A DNA stretch of 64,000 nt from NCBI GenBank assembly GCA_033763315.1, contig JANRKS010000008.1:1-64000 (forward strand). The letters are read 5' to 3'. The stretch comes from Deltaproteobacteria bacterium. Lineage in GTDB: Bacteria; Myxococcota_A; Polyangia; Fen-1088. The notes under the pieces are model-generated. The model searched no databases. It saw only the letters and a program-made list of their open reading frames with translations, and was not told the DNA's origin. This document shows positions 1-10,241 of the stretch, one piece after another. Positions within the stretch are counted from its first letter, which is position 1, and each line of letters starts with the position of its first letter. A program made the position numbers and the translations under genes.

Positions 1-1
1 C

Positions 2-250
2 CCTGATGCGCCCGCCGGAAAACGCCACATCTGGTTGGCGCTGCACGAAGGCCAAGCCGATGTTTGTTACACCAACCCTGGATACGACACAGACCTTGTG
101 ATCAAGACCCGCGTTCGAGTGTTCACAGAGATCTGGATGGGGAAGCGCAGTTTGTCGCAGGCCCTACGAACGGGTGACATCCACGTTGATGGCGAGGCGC
201 GCCTGAAACGGCAATTCCCCAGCTGGTTGCAACGAAGCTCATTTGCGTGA
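2..250 (+). CDS. HxlR-family transcriptional regulator, C-terminal SCP2-like part (5'-truncated by window edge)
   Basis: Frame open from base 2. DVCYTNPGYDTDL...WMG...GDIHVDG...FPSWL resembles the C-terminus of HxlR/SCP2 fusion regulators. Confidence 0.65.
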   Translation, partial: PDAPAGKRHIWLALHEGQADVCYTNPGYDTDLVIKTRVRVFTEIWMGKRSLSQALRTGDIHVDGEARLKRQFPSWLQRSSFA

Positions 251-304
251 GCGACCGACGCTCTATTTCAGGCCAGGGACGCACCCACCCAGCAACGCTG
301 CGGT

Positions 305-2500
305 TTAGACGTAGGGCCGCATGCCTTGGCGTGGCTTGCGTCCCAAAGGCGCGCGGCCACCTTGGGGGCGCAGACCAGCGGGGGCGCCGCGGCCCGGGGG
401 GCCTTTGCGTGGGCCACCGCCACCGCCGCCCGAAGGCGCCGAGCTTTCACCCGGACGAGCGGCTTCGATGCGGATGTGCGGCTCGATCGGATCCGGCTTG
501 CTCGCAGCGCGCGCAAACGCCACGGCCGCTTCGGCCGCGATCTCGAATGTGGAGGATTGCGGCCCCACGCGAATGCCACCCACCACACTACGGTCCACGT
601 CACCGCGGCGGCAGATGATCGGCAACAGGATGCGCGGCTCGGCGTGCTCGTTGGCGCCCAGGTTCACGCGGAAAATCACGGAACGACCACCACGCGCTTC
701 TGTGTCTCGAGGTGCGGGACGTTCGGTGTGCCGGGGCGCGAAGCTCGGCTCGAACGATTGCTCGCGGTTGCGTTCAAGCGGCTGCGCGTGGCTGCGCACA
801 CGTTCGATTTTTGCGGGCTCAGCCCCTGAACGTGAACGCGGTGCGGGCGCGGGGGCCGCAGGCAAGGCTTGAATCTTCACAGGCTCGACCTTCACCGCGG
901 GGGCACGTGATGGCACCGCGCGTGCCGCAGCCGCTGCGGGACGACGAGGTGCATCTTCAAAAGATTCCACGAAGCCTTCCACCTCATCAGGCACCGGACG
1001 TTCAAACGCACGGCCACGACCGCGAGGTGCTTCTGCGCGAGGCGCTTCGATGCGACGACCGCGCGATTCGAATGAATCATTGCGTGGGCCTTCAAAGGCA
1101 CCGCGCACGCGCTTTTGTGGCACGTCATTCAAGATCGGCTCCACCGGCAAAGCGGCGGGCACACGTTCCATCTCACGCTTGAGCAGCAGATCCAGCAACG
1201 CGCGCTCAGGCACAAGCGCAAGCAAACGATCCACCAGGGTTTTACCCTCAGGCAAAACAACGGCGTCTTGCCCCTCTTCAGGTTGCACGCCCAGCAACGC
1301 GACCAAGCGTTGTGCGTATGAGTCTTCGGCGGCGCGTTCCGCTTGCTCTTTCGTGACCGGTGAGCTCCAGCGCACCTTGATGCCGGCTTCGTTGAACAAG
1401 CGTTCGGCGCGGCGGCGCTTTGAAGGATCGGCCAGGATGATGCTGGTGCCTTTGCGGCCCGCACGACCCGTGCGGCCACTGCGGTGGGTGAGCGATTCGA
1501 TGCCATCGGGCAGATCGCCGTGGATCACCATCTCCACGTCTGGCACGTCAAGGCCACGCGCGGCCACGTTGGTTGCCACCAAGATGCGTGCGGCGCCGGA
1601 GCGCAAAGCCGCAAGCGCACGGTCGCGTTCGCCTTGCGCACGATCGCCAGCCATCGCCACAGCCGAAAAGCCGTGTGCCACAAGCTTGTGTTGCAGCTGC
1701 CCCACGTCTTCGCGCGTGCGGCAGAAAATGATCGTCTTGGCGTCTTGGGTCACCAGCAGCTCGTTCACAACCGCGGCAAAGCGATCGCGCATCGAAACCA
1801 GGTGTGCCACGAATTCGATGTCGGAGTGGGCCTTTGCGCCACCCGCGGGCCGCATATCCAAACGCGCGGCCTTGTTTTGGTACGTCGACGCCAAACGCGC
1901 GATCGTGGGCGGAATGGTGGCCGAGAAAAACAATGTGCGACGCGTGTCGGGGGCGGCGCCCAACAAGGCCTCAAGGTCTTCCTTGAAGCCCATGTCCATC
2001 ATCTCGTCAGCTTCATCGAGAACAAGCACGGCGATGGCGCTGAGATCCAGGGCACCCCGCGTAAGCAAGTCGACCAAACGGCCCGGTGTGCCCACCACAA
2101 CGTCAACGCCCATGCGCAAACGGCGCACGTCGGTGCCCACGTGTGTGCCACCCGTAAAAGACGCCAGCCGCACAGGGGCGTCGGCGTACAACCAACCAAG
2201 TTCGTTCGAAACCTGCGTGGCCAGTTCGCGCGTCGGTGCCACCACCAGAACACGCGGCTGTGGGTAGCCCTTCTCAGAGCGAGGCGCCTGGCTATCAAGC
2301 AAGGACGGCGCAAACGACAAGCCAAACGCAATCGTCTTGCCAGAGCCCGTTTGCGAAGACACCAGCAGATCGCGGTCTGCGAGCGCGGGGTCCATCACGG
2401 CGGCCTGCACCGGCATCGCGTTCTCGTATCCTCGACGCGCCAGGGCGGCGGCCATCATGGGATGCAGGGGAAGGTCTTTAAATAGAGTCTCGGTAGTCAA
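305..2500 (-). CDS. DEAD-box RNA helicase with C-terminal DbpA-type RNA-binding domain
   Basis: Q motif (MPVQ), SQTGSGKT, PTRELA, DEAD, SAT, HRSGRTGRAG. Long Pro/Arg linker, then FRVNLG...ICRRG...IRV. Start uncertain (TTG 2500 chosen; ORF open to 2590). Confidence 0.93.
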   Translation of the reverse strand: MTTETLFKDLPLHPMMAAALARRGYENAMPVQAAVMDPALADRDLLVSSQTGSGKTIAFGLSFAPSLLDSQAPRSEKGYPQPRVLVVAPTRELATQVSNELGWLYADAPVRLASFTGGTHVGTDVRRLRMGVDVVVGTPGRLVDLLTRGALDLSAIAVLVLDEADEMMDMGFKEDLEALLGAAPDTRRTLFFSATIPPTIARLASTYQNKAARLDMRPAGGAKAHSDIEFVAHLVSMRDRFAAVVNELLVTQDAKTIIFCRTREDVGQLQHKLVAHGFSAVAMAGDRAQGERDRALAALRSGAARILVATNVAARGLDVPDVEMVIHGDLPDGIESLTHRSGRTGRAGRKGTSIILADPSKRRRAERLFNEAGIKVRWSSPVTKEQAERAAEDSYAQRLVALLGVQPEEGQDAVVLPEGKTLVDRLLALVPERALLDLLLKREMERVPAALPVEPILNDVPQKRVRGAFEGPRNDSFESRGRRIEAPRAEAPRGRGRAFERPVPDEVEGFVESFEDAPRRPAAAAARAVPSRAPAVKVEPVKIQALPAAPAPAPRSRSGAEPAKIERVRSHAQPLERNREQSFEPSFAPRHTERPAPRDTEARGGRSVIFRVNLGANEHAEPRILLPIICRRGDVDRSVVGGIRVGPQSSTFEIAAEAAVAFARAASKPDPIEPHIRIEAARPGESSAPSGGGGGGPRKGPPGRGAPAGLRPQGGRAPLGRKPRQGMRPYV

Positions 2501-2632
2501 AGGTCGCCTGTAATACCTCATGACACCGCGGTTTTCACGAAAGAACGTACGCAGCACCACCAATTCACCTGCGGGTAACGCCCGCGCCACACGCGATTCG
2601 GCCCGTAAAGGGGCGCGGTCGCACGATCTTTG

Positions 2633-3352
2633 TCAGGGATCGAATCGGTAGCCGCTGCCGCGCACCGTGACCAGATGGCGGGGGATCTCAGGATCCTCTT
2701 CCAGCTTGTCGCGCAGTTGCTTCACGAAGTTGTCGACCGTTCGCAGCGACCCCTTCTGCGTCTCCCAAACCTCGCGCAGGAGCTGCTCCCGCGACAAAAC
2801 CTGGGCCGGCGTGCGCATGAAGAAGGCCAACAGCTCGAATTCCAGGTGGGTTAACGATACGGGTTGGCCCGCACGCGTGACGATGCGGGTTTCTGGATCC
2901 ACCGCCACGTCGCCGAACCGATTGGCCTTCGTGGCGGTGCCTGGAGGCGGTGTCTGGGGCGCGGGATCCGCCGCGGGAGGGGATCGGCGTAGCACCGCGG
3001 CGATGCGTGCCAGCAGCTCGGCCAACGCAAACGGCTTGGTCACATAATCGTCGGCGCCTAAGCGCAAGGCGGCCACTTTATCGAATTCATCCTGGCGCGC
3101 CGATAGCACCACCACGGGGGTGTGGTTGCCCTCAGCACGCAGCTCTCGCAACACTTCAAGGCCATTTTTCCCCGGCAGCGAAATGTCCAACACCACCAAA
3201 GCTGGCTTCACCTCACGGATGCGCTCAAGCGCCACCAAGCCGTCTTGGGCCTGCAGGGGCGCGTAGCCCTCGATGGCCAGATTCAACGACAACCCCGTGG
3301 CGATGGCTTCGTCGTCTTCAACGATCAGAACTTGTTGAGGTGTGCCCGGCAT
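2633..3352 (-). CDS. OmpR/PhoB-family response regulator
   Basis: VEDD, LDISLP, KPF receiver motifs; winged-helix C-terminus (RTVDNFVKQLRDKLE...TVRGSGYRF). Confidence 0.95.
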   Translation of the reverse strand: MPGTPQQVLIVEDDEAIATGLSLNLAIEGYAPLQAQDGLVALERIREVKPALVVLDISLPGKNGLEVLRELRAEGNHTPVVVLSARQDEFDKVAALRLGADDYVTKPFALAELLARIAAVLRRSPPAADPAPQTPPPGTATKANRFGDVAVDPETRIVTRAGQPVSLTHLEFELLAFFMRTPAQVLSREQLLREVWETQKGSLRTVDNFVKQLRDKLEEDPEIPRHLVTVRGSGYRFDP

Positions 3353-3367
3353 AAGTGGATTGCACTC

Positions 3368-4282
3368 TTAGCTGGTTCGGCGCGGTAAGCGAACCCTAAA
3401 ACACGCGCCCGCCGTGCCCCCGATCAATTGCACGTCACCCCCGTGGGCGCGCGTGATGGCGCGAACGATGGCCAGGCCCAAGCCGCTGCCCTGCGTGCCC
3501 GATTCGATCGCGCTGCGGCCGCGTTCAAACGTGTCGAAGATGAATTTGCGTTCGTCGGGGGGAATGCCATCGCCGTTGTCTTCAATGTCGAACACAACGT
3601 GCTTTTTCTGCGCGTAAACGCGAATCGTGATGCACTTGTTTTCGGCCGGGGTGTATTTCCAGGCGTTCACCAGCAGGTTCACGAACACCTGCCCAAGCGC
3701 GGCCTTGTCGCCCAAGACCTCAAGCGTCTCGTCGACCTCCACTTCTAGGTTCACCTCGCGGCCCATCCGCACCGCCGCCAAGCCGGTCAACGCCTCGTCG
3801 ATGAGCGGCCTGACCTTGACGGGGCGCCGCTCAAACGGCTGGCGGCCCGCTTCGATGCGCGACAGCTCAAGCAGCTTGCCCACGAGGCCGTCCAAACGTT
3901 CCATTTCCTGTCCCACGATGCGCAGGCAACGCTGCTGCTCCACGGGATCTGTCACCCGACCATCACGCAACGTCTCGATGAACATGCGAATGGATGTGAT
4001 GGGCGTTCGGAATTCGTGGGAAACGGAAGAGAGAAAATCGGTTTGCACGCGCGCCAGCGAGGCGCCGCGTCTGACGAACATGGAGCCCAACAGGAATCCC
4101 GTTAACGAGGAGGTGCAAAAGGCCAACACCAATGAGCCCGCCACGATGGCAACGGACCCCTGCCCCACCACCAACAAAATGATCCCGGTGGCCGTCATCA
4201 AGATGGTGGGGACGACCGCGGCCAAAATCAGCACCAGCTGGGCGCGGCGGAGCAGAATGTTGGCGGGGCTGCGGAAACGCAC
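3368..4282 (-). CDS. Sensor histidine kinase (2 TM helices, almost no extracytoplasmic loop)
   Basis: H-box SHEFRTP, N-box NLLVNAWKYT, DNGDGI, GSGLGL. Directly upstream of the response regulator. Confidence 0.95.
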   Translation of the reverse strand: MRFRSPANILLRRAQLVLILAAVVPTILMTATGIILLVVGQGSVAIVAGSLVLAFCTSSLTGFLLGSMFVRRGASLARVQTDFLSSVSHEFRTPITSIRMFIETLRDGRVTDPVEQQRCLRIVGQEMERLDGLVGKLLELSRIEAGRQPFERRPVKVRPLIDEALTGLAAVRMGREVNLEVEVDETLEVLGDKAALGQVFVNLLVNAWKYTPAENKCITIRVYAQKKHVVFDIEDNGDGIPPDERKFIFDTFERGRSAIESGTQGSGLGLAIVRAITRAHGGDVQLIGGTAGACFRVRLPRRTS

Positions 4283-4432
4283 GGGGTGCCAGGCAGGCTA
4301 ATCGCCTCACGCCCGGCGCGCCACTGCCGCTTCGACATGGGGCGCAGTGTAAGTGCAGAGGCCACATAACCGCCCCGATTCGCGGCCGCGCCCTTGAGCA
4401 GAAGGCCCGAGTGTCCGAAGAAGGATACGTTG

Positions 4433-5506
4433 ATGTCCACCGCCCAGCTTCAAATCCGTCCTGGGGACCTGATTGCCCACAAGTACCGCGTGGAAAGGGT
4501 GCTTGGGGCCGGCGGCATGGGGATGGTTGTGGCGGCCCAGCATCTGCATTTGGGGCAGCGGGTCGCGCTGAAGTTCATGCTGCCCGGAAGCATCGACAAT
4601 CCCACGGCGCTTGAGCGTTTCTTCCGTGAAGCGCAATTGGCGTTTCGGCTTTCAAGCGAACACGTGGCGCGCGTGCTGGACGTAGGAACTTTGAACGATG
4701 GAACGCCGTTCATCGTGATGGAGCACCTCACAGGCACCAACCTCGCTGACCTTCTTGAACGGGTGGTGCAGTTGCCTGTGCCGCGCGCCGTTGATTATGT
4801 GTTGCAGGCCGCCGCGGCGTTGGCCGAAGCGCACGCGCTGGGGATCGTGCACCGCGATCTAAAACCAGCGAACTTGTTTTTGACGGCACGCCCCGATGGA
4901 TCGCCGCTGGTGAAGGTGCTTGATTTCGGCATTTCTAAGGCCAACGTGGGATTGGGCACCGGCGGAGGCGCGCTGACCAAAACCAACCGCGCCATCGGCT
5001 CGCCACAATACATGGCGCCCGAGCAGATCGCGGCCCCCAAGACCGTGGATCGGCGGGCGGATATTTGGGGCATTGGGGTGCTCCTTTATGAACTTTGCTC
5101 CGGGCGTGTGCCGTTTGAGGCCAGCTCCATTCCTGATCTTTGTTTAAAGATCGTGCGCGAGCCGGCGCCGCTTTTATCGGGGCCCGGCATTCCGCCTGCG
5201 TTTGCGGCTTTGGTGGCGCGGTGTTTGGAGCGCGATCCCAACAAGCGCTTTGCGGATGTGGCGGAGTTGGCCGAGCAACTGGCGTTCTTTAGCGAAACGG
5301 GCGCGCGCACGTCACTCAAACGCATCGGCGGCGTCAGTCGCATGGAAAAGACGCCGCCTGTGCAAGTCTTGGCGCCCGCGGGCCCAGTCACCGAAGAAGA
5401 CATCCAGATCGACGTCGTGATGGGCGACGGCACGATGGAGCTTGCCGACGAGGATCTGGGGCTGGGCAAGACCATGGCCGACGACCGCAGCAAACGCAGC
5501 GGTTAG
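4433..5506 (+). CDS. Hanks-type Ser/Thr protein kinase, cytoplasmic
   Basis: GAGGMG, VALK, HRDLKPAN, DFG, APE. No TM helix; acidic tail. Confidence 0.93.
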   Translation: MSTAQLQIRPGDLIAHKYRVERVLGAGGMGMVVAAQHLHLGQRVALKFMLPGSIDNPTALERFFREAQLAFRLSSEHVARVLDVGTLNDGTPFIVMEHLTGTNLADLLERVVQLPVPRAVDYVLQAAAALAEAHALGIVHRDLKPANLFLTARPDGSPLVKVLDFGISKANVGLGTGGGALTKTNRAIGSPQYMAPEQIAAPKTVDRRADIWGIGVLLYELCSGRVPFEASSIPDLCLKIVREPAPLLSGPGIPPAFAALVARCLERDPNKRFADVAELAEQLAFFSETGARTSLKRIGGVSRMEKTPPVQVLAPAGPVTEEDIQIDVVMGDGTMELADEDLGLGKTMADDRSKRSG

Positions 5507-5513
5507 CGGCGGG

Positions 5514-7073
5514 CTACACCTTCGTGGTCTCGCCGTTCATGGTCAGGTGCACTTGGTAGAGGTCGCTTCGGCGATCCATCCAGTTGCGCACGGTGCCCGC
5601 GCGTCGCGCGCGTCGAAGCGCTTCGAGATCCAGATCGTACGTGAGGACAGCTTCCAGGTTCGGTGAGCTTTCCGCGGCAATGCCATCACGCGCGAACGGG
5701 ATGTCTGAGGGCGTGAAGATGGCCGACTGCGAATAGTGCATGTCAGCGTTTTCCACCTGCGGCAGTGACCCCACGCATCCGCTGAGCGCCACATACACCT
5801 GATTCTCGATGGCGCGCGCTTGCGAGCACAGCCGTACCCGCAAGTAGCCATACCGATCAGCGGTGTTGGAGGGCACAAAAAAGATCAGTGCACCTGCGGC
5901 GGCGGCCATGCGGCACAACTCGGGGAATTCAACATCGTAACAAACAAGCACCGCGATGGGCCCCAGATCGGTCTGGAACACGCGGAACTCTTTGCCGCCT
6001 TGCACGCCCCACCAACGCTGCTCGTTGGGCGTGACGTGGATCTTCGATTGCTTGTCGAGCGTGCCATCACGTCGAAACAGATACGCCACGTTCTCAAGCC
6101 GGCCCGTTTCATCGACCGTAAACTGCGAACCACCGATGACGTTCACGTTGTATTTAACGGCCAAACGTTGAAACAGCTCCAAGTAACGCGGTGTCATCTC
6201 TGCCAAAGCACGCGCGGCTTGGCCAGGACGCGTGCCTTTGACCAACGACAACAGCTGCAGGGTGAAAAGCTCGGGAAACAAGAGAAAATCAGCCCGGTTG
6301 TCGCCCGCGACGTCGATGAAAAAATCGCACTGGCGCTCAAACTCTTCCCAACTGGCGATCGACTTCATCGGGTATTGAACGACCGACACACGTACGGGTT
6401 CAACGGCTTGACGCGAGCGCCGCGAGGGCTTGTGCACGAAATCGAGGTTGGGCCACTCCAGGCACGTGGCGTACCCAGCGCTATCCTCATCCGTAGGCAT
6501 GTAGTCGGGGATCAATTGAATCAGAATGAACCCGTTCGAAACCTGCGTGGTCAGCACGGGATCGTGAAGCTCCTTGTTGATCACGCGACGAACGTAATCC
6601 TGCGCGGACATCTCGTGGCGATGAACGCCATATCCAGGGATACGCCCGCCAATCACCATGCGGGCAAGGTTCCGCTTGCGGCACAACTCCTTGCGCTGCT
6701 CGTACATGCGCCGCGCGAGGCGCATGCTGCGAAATTCGGGATGGACCATGATCTCTATGCCGTAAAGCGTATCGCCCTTGGGATCGTGGTTCTGGATGTA
6801 ACCGCGATCAGAGATGCCCACCCAGTCGTGCCAATCTGAGTGCTCGTCGTAATCCAGGATGAGGCTACTTGACGAAGCCACAAGCTGACCGTCCACCTCC
6901 ACGCAGATCTGGCCTTCAGGAAACGTCGCCAATTGACTGGCGATTTGTTCACGCTTCCATGGCAGCATGCCGGGAAAACACACGAGCTGCAGCTGCACCA
7001 AGCTTTCGAAGTCCTCCATGCGCAAAAGACGGACTTTCAACTTCTTCTCAAACGTTTCCAGGTCGGCAGACAT
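5514..7073 (-). CDS. Bifunctional GNAT acetyltransferase / carbon-nitrogen hydrolase
   Basis: N-terminal GNAT (VHPEFRSMRLARRMY). C-terminal nitrilase triad FPEL, KIHVTPNE, CYDVEFPE. Confidence 0.9.
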   Translation of the reverse strand: MSADLETFEKKLKVRLLRMEDFESLVQLQLVCFPGMLPWKREQIASQLATFPEGQICVEVDGQLVASSSSLILDYDEHSDWHDWVGISDRGYIQNHDPKGDTLYGIEIMVHPEFRSMRLARRMYEQRKELCRKRNLARMVIGGRIPGYGVHRHEMSAQDYVRRVINKELHDPVLTTQVSNGFILIQLIPDYMPTDEDSAGYATCLEWPNLDFVHKPSRRSRQAVEPVRVSVVQYPMKSIASWEEFERQCDFFIDVAGDNRADFLLFPELFTLQLLSLVKGTRPGQAARALAEMTPRYLELFQRLAVKYNVNVIGGSQFTVDETGRLENVAYLFRRDGTLDKQSKIHVTPNEQRWWGVQGGKEFRVFQTDLGPIAVLVCYDVEFPELCRMAAAAGALIFFVPSNTADRYGYLRVRLCSQARAIENQVYVALSGCVGSLPQVENADMHYSQSAIFTPSDIPFARDGIAAESSPNLEAVLTYDLDLEALRRARRAGTVRNWMDRRSDLYQVHLTMNGETTKV

Positions 7074-7182
7074 GCCCACATAGTGACAGGTGCCGACGCC
7101 GATCGCTCACGGCAGGTGCCCAACCGCGAAAGACGACACGGAAACGCTGTGGTAGGCATCTGACAACATACGGGTTTCGTTG

Positions 7183-8430
7183 ATGCCAGCTGTTTCATTG
7201 CCACAGCCCCAGGATCGCCTCGGCCAGTATCGGCTCCTGTACCCGTTGGGACAGGGCGGTATGGCGTCCGTGTTCGTGGCCGAAGGGGAGGCAGGCCCGC
7301 ACAAGGGAGAGCGAGTGGCGTGCAAGATCTTGTTGCCCCATTTGCACAGCGACGAACGTTGGCGCGCGCAATTGTTTGCGGAAGCCCACACAACAGCGGC
7401 CGTGCAACACGACAATGTGATTCGCGTGCTCGATATCCCCGAAGATCGCAACGCTGGATTCTTTGTGATGCAATGGCGGGACGGCTTGCCCCTTGATCGG
7501 CTGTTGGCCTTGGCGGGGAAGTTGGAGGTGCCTGTGGCCTGCACCGTGTTGGCACAAGCGGCGCGTGGGCTTGCCGCCGCGCACGCCGCCAAGGACGCGC
7601 AAGGGCAGCCTCTGCACATCGTTCACCGCGACGTGAGCCCGCATAACCTTCACGTGGGCAGCGATGGCATCGTCAAGCTGCTGGACTTTGGTATCGCCGC
7701 GGCCCAAGGCCACGCCCGCCTCACACGCACGGGTGAGTTCAAAGGCAAATTGGCTTACGTGGCGCCGGAGCAGATCACGCGCAGCCACCCGATAGACTTT
7801 CGCTGCGATCTGTGGGCGTTGGGATTGGTGGCCTATGAGGTCCTGACGGGTCGATGTTTGTTCGCCGCCGACGACGAAGCGACCACATTGTGGAACGTGA
7901 CCGCAGCCGAGGTGCCAACGCTCGCCGCTTTGGGATGCGCTGTGGATCCGGCGTTGGCGGCGATCATTGAGGCGTGCGTGCAGCGCGATCCGGCGCACAG
8001 ACCGGCGCGCGCGGCGGACGTCGCGCAGGCCTTCGAGGCGGTTGCGGCGGAGCCAGCCAGGCTCGCGAGATTGGTGCAACAGCATACGAGCACGGTGGCC
8101 GCGCGACCGCAGCCCAAACCTGCACGGCGCAAAGTGTGGTTTGGCGTGGCGGCCATCGCCAGCGCAGCAACGATCACGTGGCTTGCCTTGCCAGCCGCCC
8201 CCCCAAAGTCTCCACAGACCATTGAGGCACCCCGCCCGGCGGAGCCAGAGCCTCGTGCGGCGGCAGTCGCCCCATCGCCACCGGCTGCCGCCGCCACGCC
8301 ACCCAGCTTGGGCACCATGAACGCAAAACGGCGGGCGCCAGCGCGCACTGGGGCGCGGCCGCCCGCCGCAAAACCGCATCCTGATCTGGTGTCGAACCCC
8401 TACAAGGACTTGGTTGGTAACCCCTACTAA
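7183..8430 (+). CDS. Membrane Ser/Thr protein kinase with Pro-rich extracytoplasmic tail
   Basis: GQGGMA, HRDVSPHN, DFG, APE. TM VWFGVAAIASAATITWLAL; Pro/Ala linker; ends DLVSNPYKDLVGNPY. Confidence 0.92.
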   Translation: MPAVSLPQPQDRLGQYRLLYPLGQGGMASVFVAEGEAGPHKGERVACKILLPHLHSDERWRAQLFAEAHTTAAVQHDNVIRVLDIPEDRNAGFFVMQWRDGLPLDRLLALAGKLEVPVACTVLAQAARGLAAAHAAKDAQGQPLHIVHRDVSPHNLHVGSDGIVKLLDFGIAAAQGHARLTRTGEFKGKLAYVAPEQITRSHPIDFRCDLWALGLVAYEVLTGRCLFAADDEATTLWNVTAAEVPTLAALGCAVDPALAAIIEACVQRDPAHRPARAADVAQAFEAVAAEPARLARLVQQHTSTVAARPQPKPARRKVWFGVAAIASAATITWLALPAAPPKSPQTIEAPRPAEPEPRAAAVAPSPPAAAATPPSLGTMNAKRRAPARTGARPPAAKPHPDLVSNPYKDLVGNPY

Positions 8431-9338
8431 CGCCCCATATCAGCAAGGATGGCTTTGAGCCCATCCAACGAGGTCTTCACGCATTCGATGGGTGTCATGC
8501 CTTTGGGGTAATCTTCTTGCTCCACGATAAACCATTCGGTGCCACCGGCTTCGTCGCACGCTTTGATCACGCCGCGCCAATCGATCGTGTCTTGTCCGAT
8601 GAAGGGCTTCTTGTCTTTGACGCCTTCAGGGAGCTTCGCTTTAAAATGCGCAAGCTTGGTGCGGCCAGGGTAACGCTTTATCAGAACCACAGGATCGAAA
8701 CCGGCCATGGTGCTCCAGCCGATGTCGTGTTCAATCGCCACGTCTTTCTTGGTGCGCTCGATAAACAGATCCCAATATGTTTTGTCGTTGGGCTTATCGC
8801 CCACCTTCTTAAACTCTTCGGTGTGGTTGTGATGACCGCAAAACAATCCCGCGGGCTTCAACGCCTTGGCGGCATCGTTCATGACTTTGGCGTATTCCTC
8901 GCTGCCGGCTGGATCGCTGAAGCGTTTGTCGCCCGCCACGATCAAGTAGCGGCAGCCAATCGTTTTGTGAAAGTCGATCGTCTCTTGCAGCTTATCGGCG
9001 GCGAAGGCCGACGCCCCCACGTGTGAGCCTGCGGCCTTCAGTTTAAGCTCGTCCAACTTCTTGCGCAGCCCTTGGGCGTCTTTGGCGTATTTGTGAAAGC
9101 CCGCGAATTCCACGCCCTCGAAGCCGAGGTCAGCGGCCGATTTGAGGGCGGCGTCCATATCCTTCGCGGCGTCTTCTCGGATCGACCACAGTTGCAAGCC
9201 AATGCCAATCTTGCGTGGCTGCTTGCGTTTGGCGGCCAGGGCTGTGCCCGCCACCGCTAACGTCACGCCCGCGGCGCTGACGGCTAAAAAAGTGCGGCGG
9301 GTGGCCGTGATGTTTTCGTTTAAGGGACGCTGGCTCAT
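8427..9338 (-). CDS. Tat-exported sugar-phosphate isomerase/epimerase (xylose-isomerase-like TIM barrel)
   Basis: TRRTFL Tat motif; GLQLWSIR, GVEFAG, HNH, EHDIGW, HFK, VEQE. AAGGAG RBS before ATG 9338. Confidence 0.88.
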   Translation of the reverse strand: MSQRPLNENITATRRTFLAVSAAGVTLAVAGTALAAKRKQPRKIGIGLQLWSIREDAAKDMDAALKSAADLGFEGVEFAGFHKYAKDAQGLRKKLDELKLKAAGSHVGASAFAADKLQETIDFHKTIGCRYLIVAGDKRFSDPAGSEEYAKVMNDAAKALKPAGLFCGHHNHTEEFKKVGDKPNDKTYWDLFIERTKKDVAIEHDIGWSTMAGFDPVVLIKRYPGRTKLAHFKAKLPEGVKDKKPFIGQDTIDWRGVIKACDEAGGTEWFIVEQEDYPKGMTPIECVKTSLDGLKAILADMGR

Positions 9339-9470
9339 AGATTCTCCTTGGGCCTCGTTGAAAAGGACGCTTTTTCTACAGGGAAGCGGTGGCCATGGCA
9401 ATCAAACGCCGCGGCTCGCCCGGCTTTGACGTTGGCCGGGCCGTGGGTATTTGATAAAAGACGCAGTCAC

Positions 9471-10241
9471 GTGGCGAGCCCTCGACGAACGTTTTTTTTC
9501 CCCCGGTGGATTGCAAATGTTGCCCGGATCAGCATGGCGGCAATCTCCCTTGTGGTACTGACGTCACAGTATGCTCACACGGCCCCGGGGAAGGCCAACC
9601 GCGAAAAGGCCAGCGCGGTGTTCAACGAGGCCGAAGCGGCGTTCAGCGACGGGGCTTACGACCTGGCATTGAAAAAATTCGAGGCCGCTCAGGCTCTGTC
9701 GTTTAGCCCCGTCGTCGACTTCAACATTGCCGTTTGTCTTGAGCGTCTGGGACGCGCCTTGGAGGCAGCACAACAGTACCAACGGGTGGCGGACGATGTG
9801 CAAGTGCCGGCGAACGTGCGCGAGCGTGCCCGCCTTGCGTTGATGGCATTACGGCAACCGCCACCCGAGCCAAGTTCTCCGGCAAGGCCATCAACGCCCC
9901 TGCCCAAGGCGGCACCTCCGCAGGAGGAGCCCGCGCTCACGCTCGGCCCCTTGCCGCCACCAGCCACCCCGCAGCCCTGGCTGGGACCCGTAGGATGGGC
10001 GGGAGCCTCAGTGGCCGGGGCGGGCGTGGTCGCCGCAAGCCTGTTTTGGCTCCTGGGCTCCGCCGCTGTTGATGAGTACAACGATGAGGGCACGACCGAT
10101 GTTCAACGGTTAACCACGCTTGCTGACCGAGTCGAAAATTATGATCTGGCTTACAAGCTCAGCCTAGGCCTCGCCATCACAGGCGGGGCGGCCATCTTGG
10201 TGGATCGCCTTTGGCTGCATTCGCGACGTCGAGTTGACTAA
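9471..10241 (+). CDS. Exported TPR protein with C-terminal hydrophobic hairpin (PEGA-protein-like, myxobacterial)
   Basis: Signal-like N-terminus; TPR helices (FNEAEAAFSDGAYDLALKKF...FNIAVCLERLG); Pro linker; two hydrophobic C-terminal segments. Start uncertain (9471 or 9534). Confidence 0.75.
   Translation: MASPRRTFFFPRWIANVARISMAAISLVVLTSQYAHTAPGKANREKASAVFNEAEAAFSDGAYDLALKKFEAAQALSFSPVVDFNIAVCLERLGRALEAAQQYQRVADDVQVPANVRERARLALMALRQPPPEPSSPARPSTPLPKAAPPQEEPALTLGPLPPPATPQPWLGPVGWAGASVAGAGVVAASLFWLLGSAAVDEYNDEGTTDVQRLTTLADRVENYDLAYKLSLGLAITGGAAILVDRLWLHSRRRVD

Noticed and set aside
9492-9504. T8C5 tract near the TPR gene start as a phase-variation site
   Set aside because: The frame is intact, the tract is short, and it may lie upstream of the true start; no supporting evidence.
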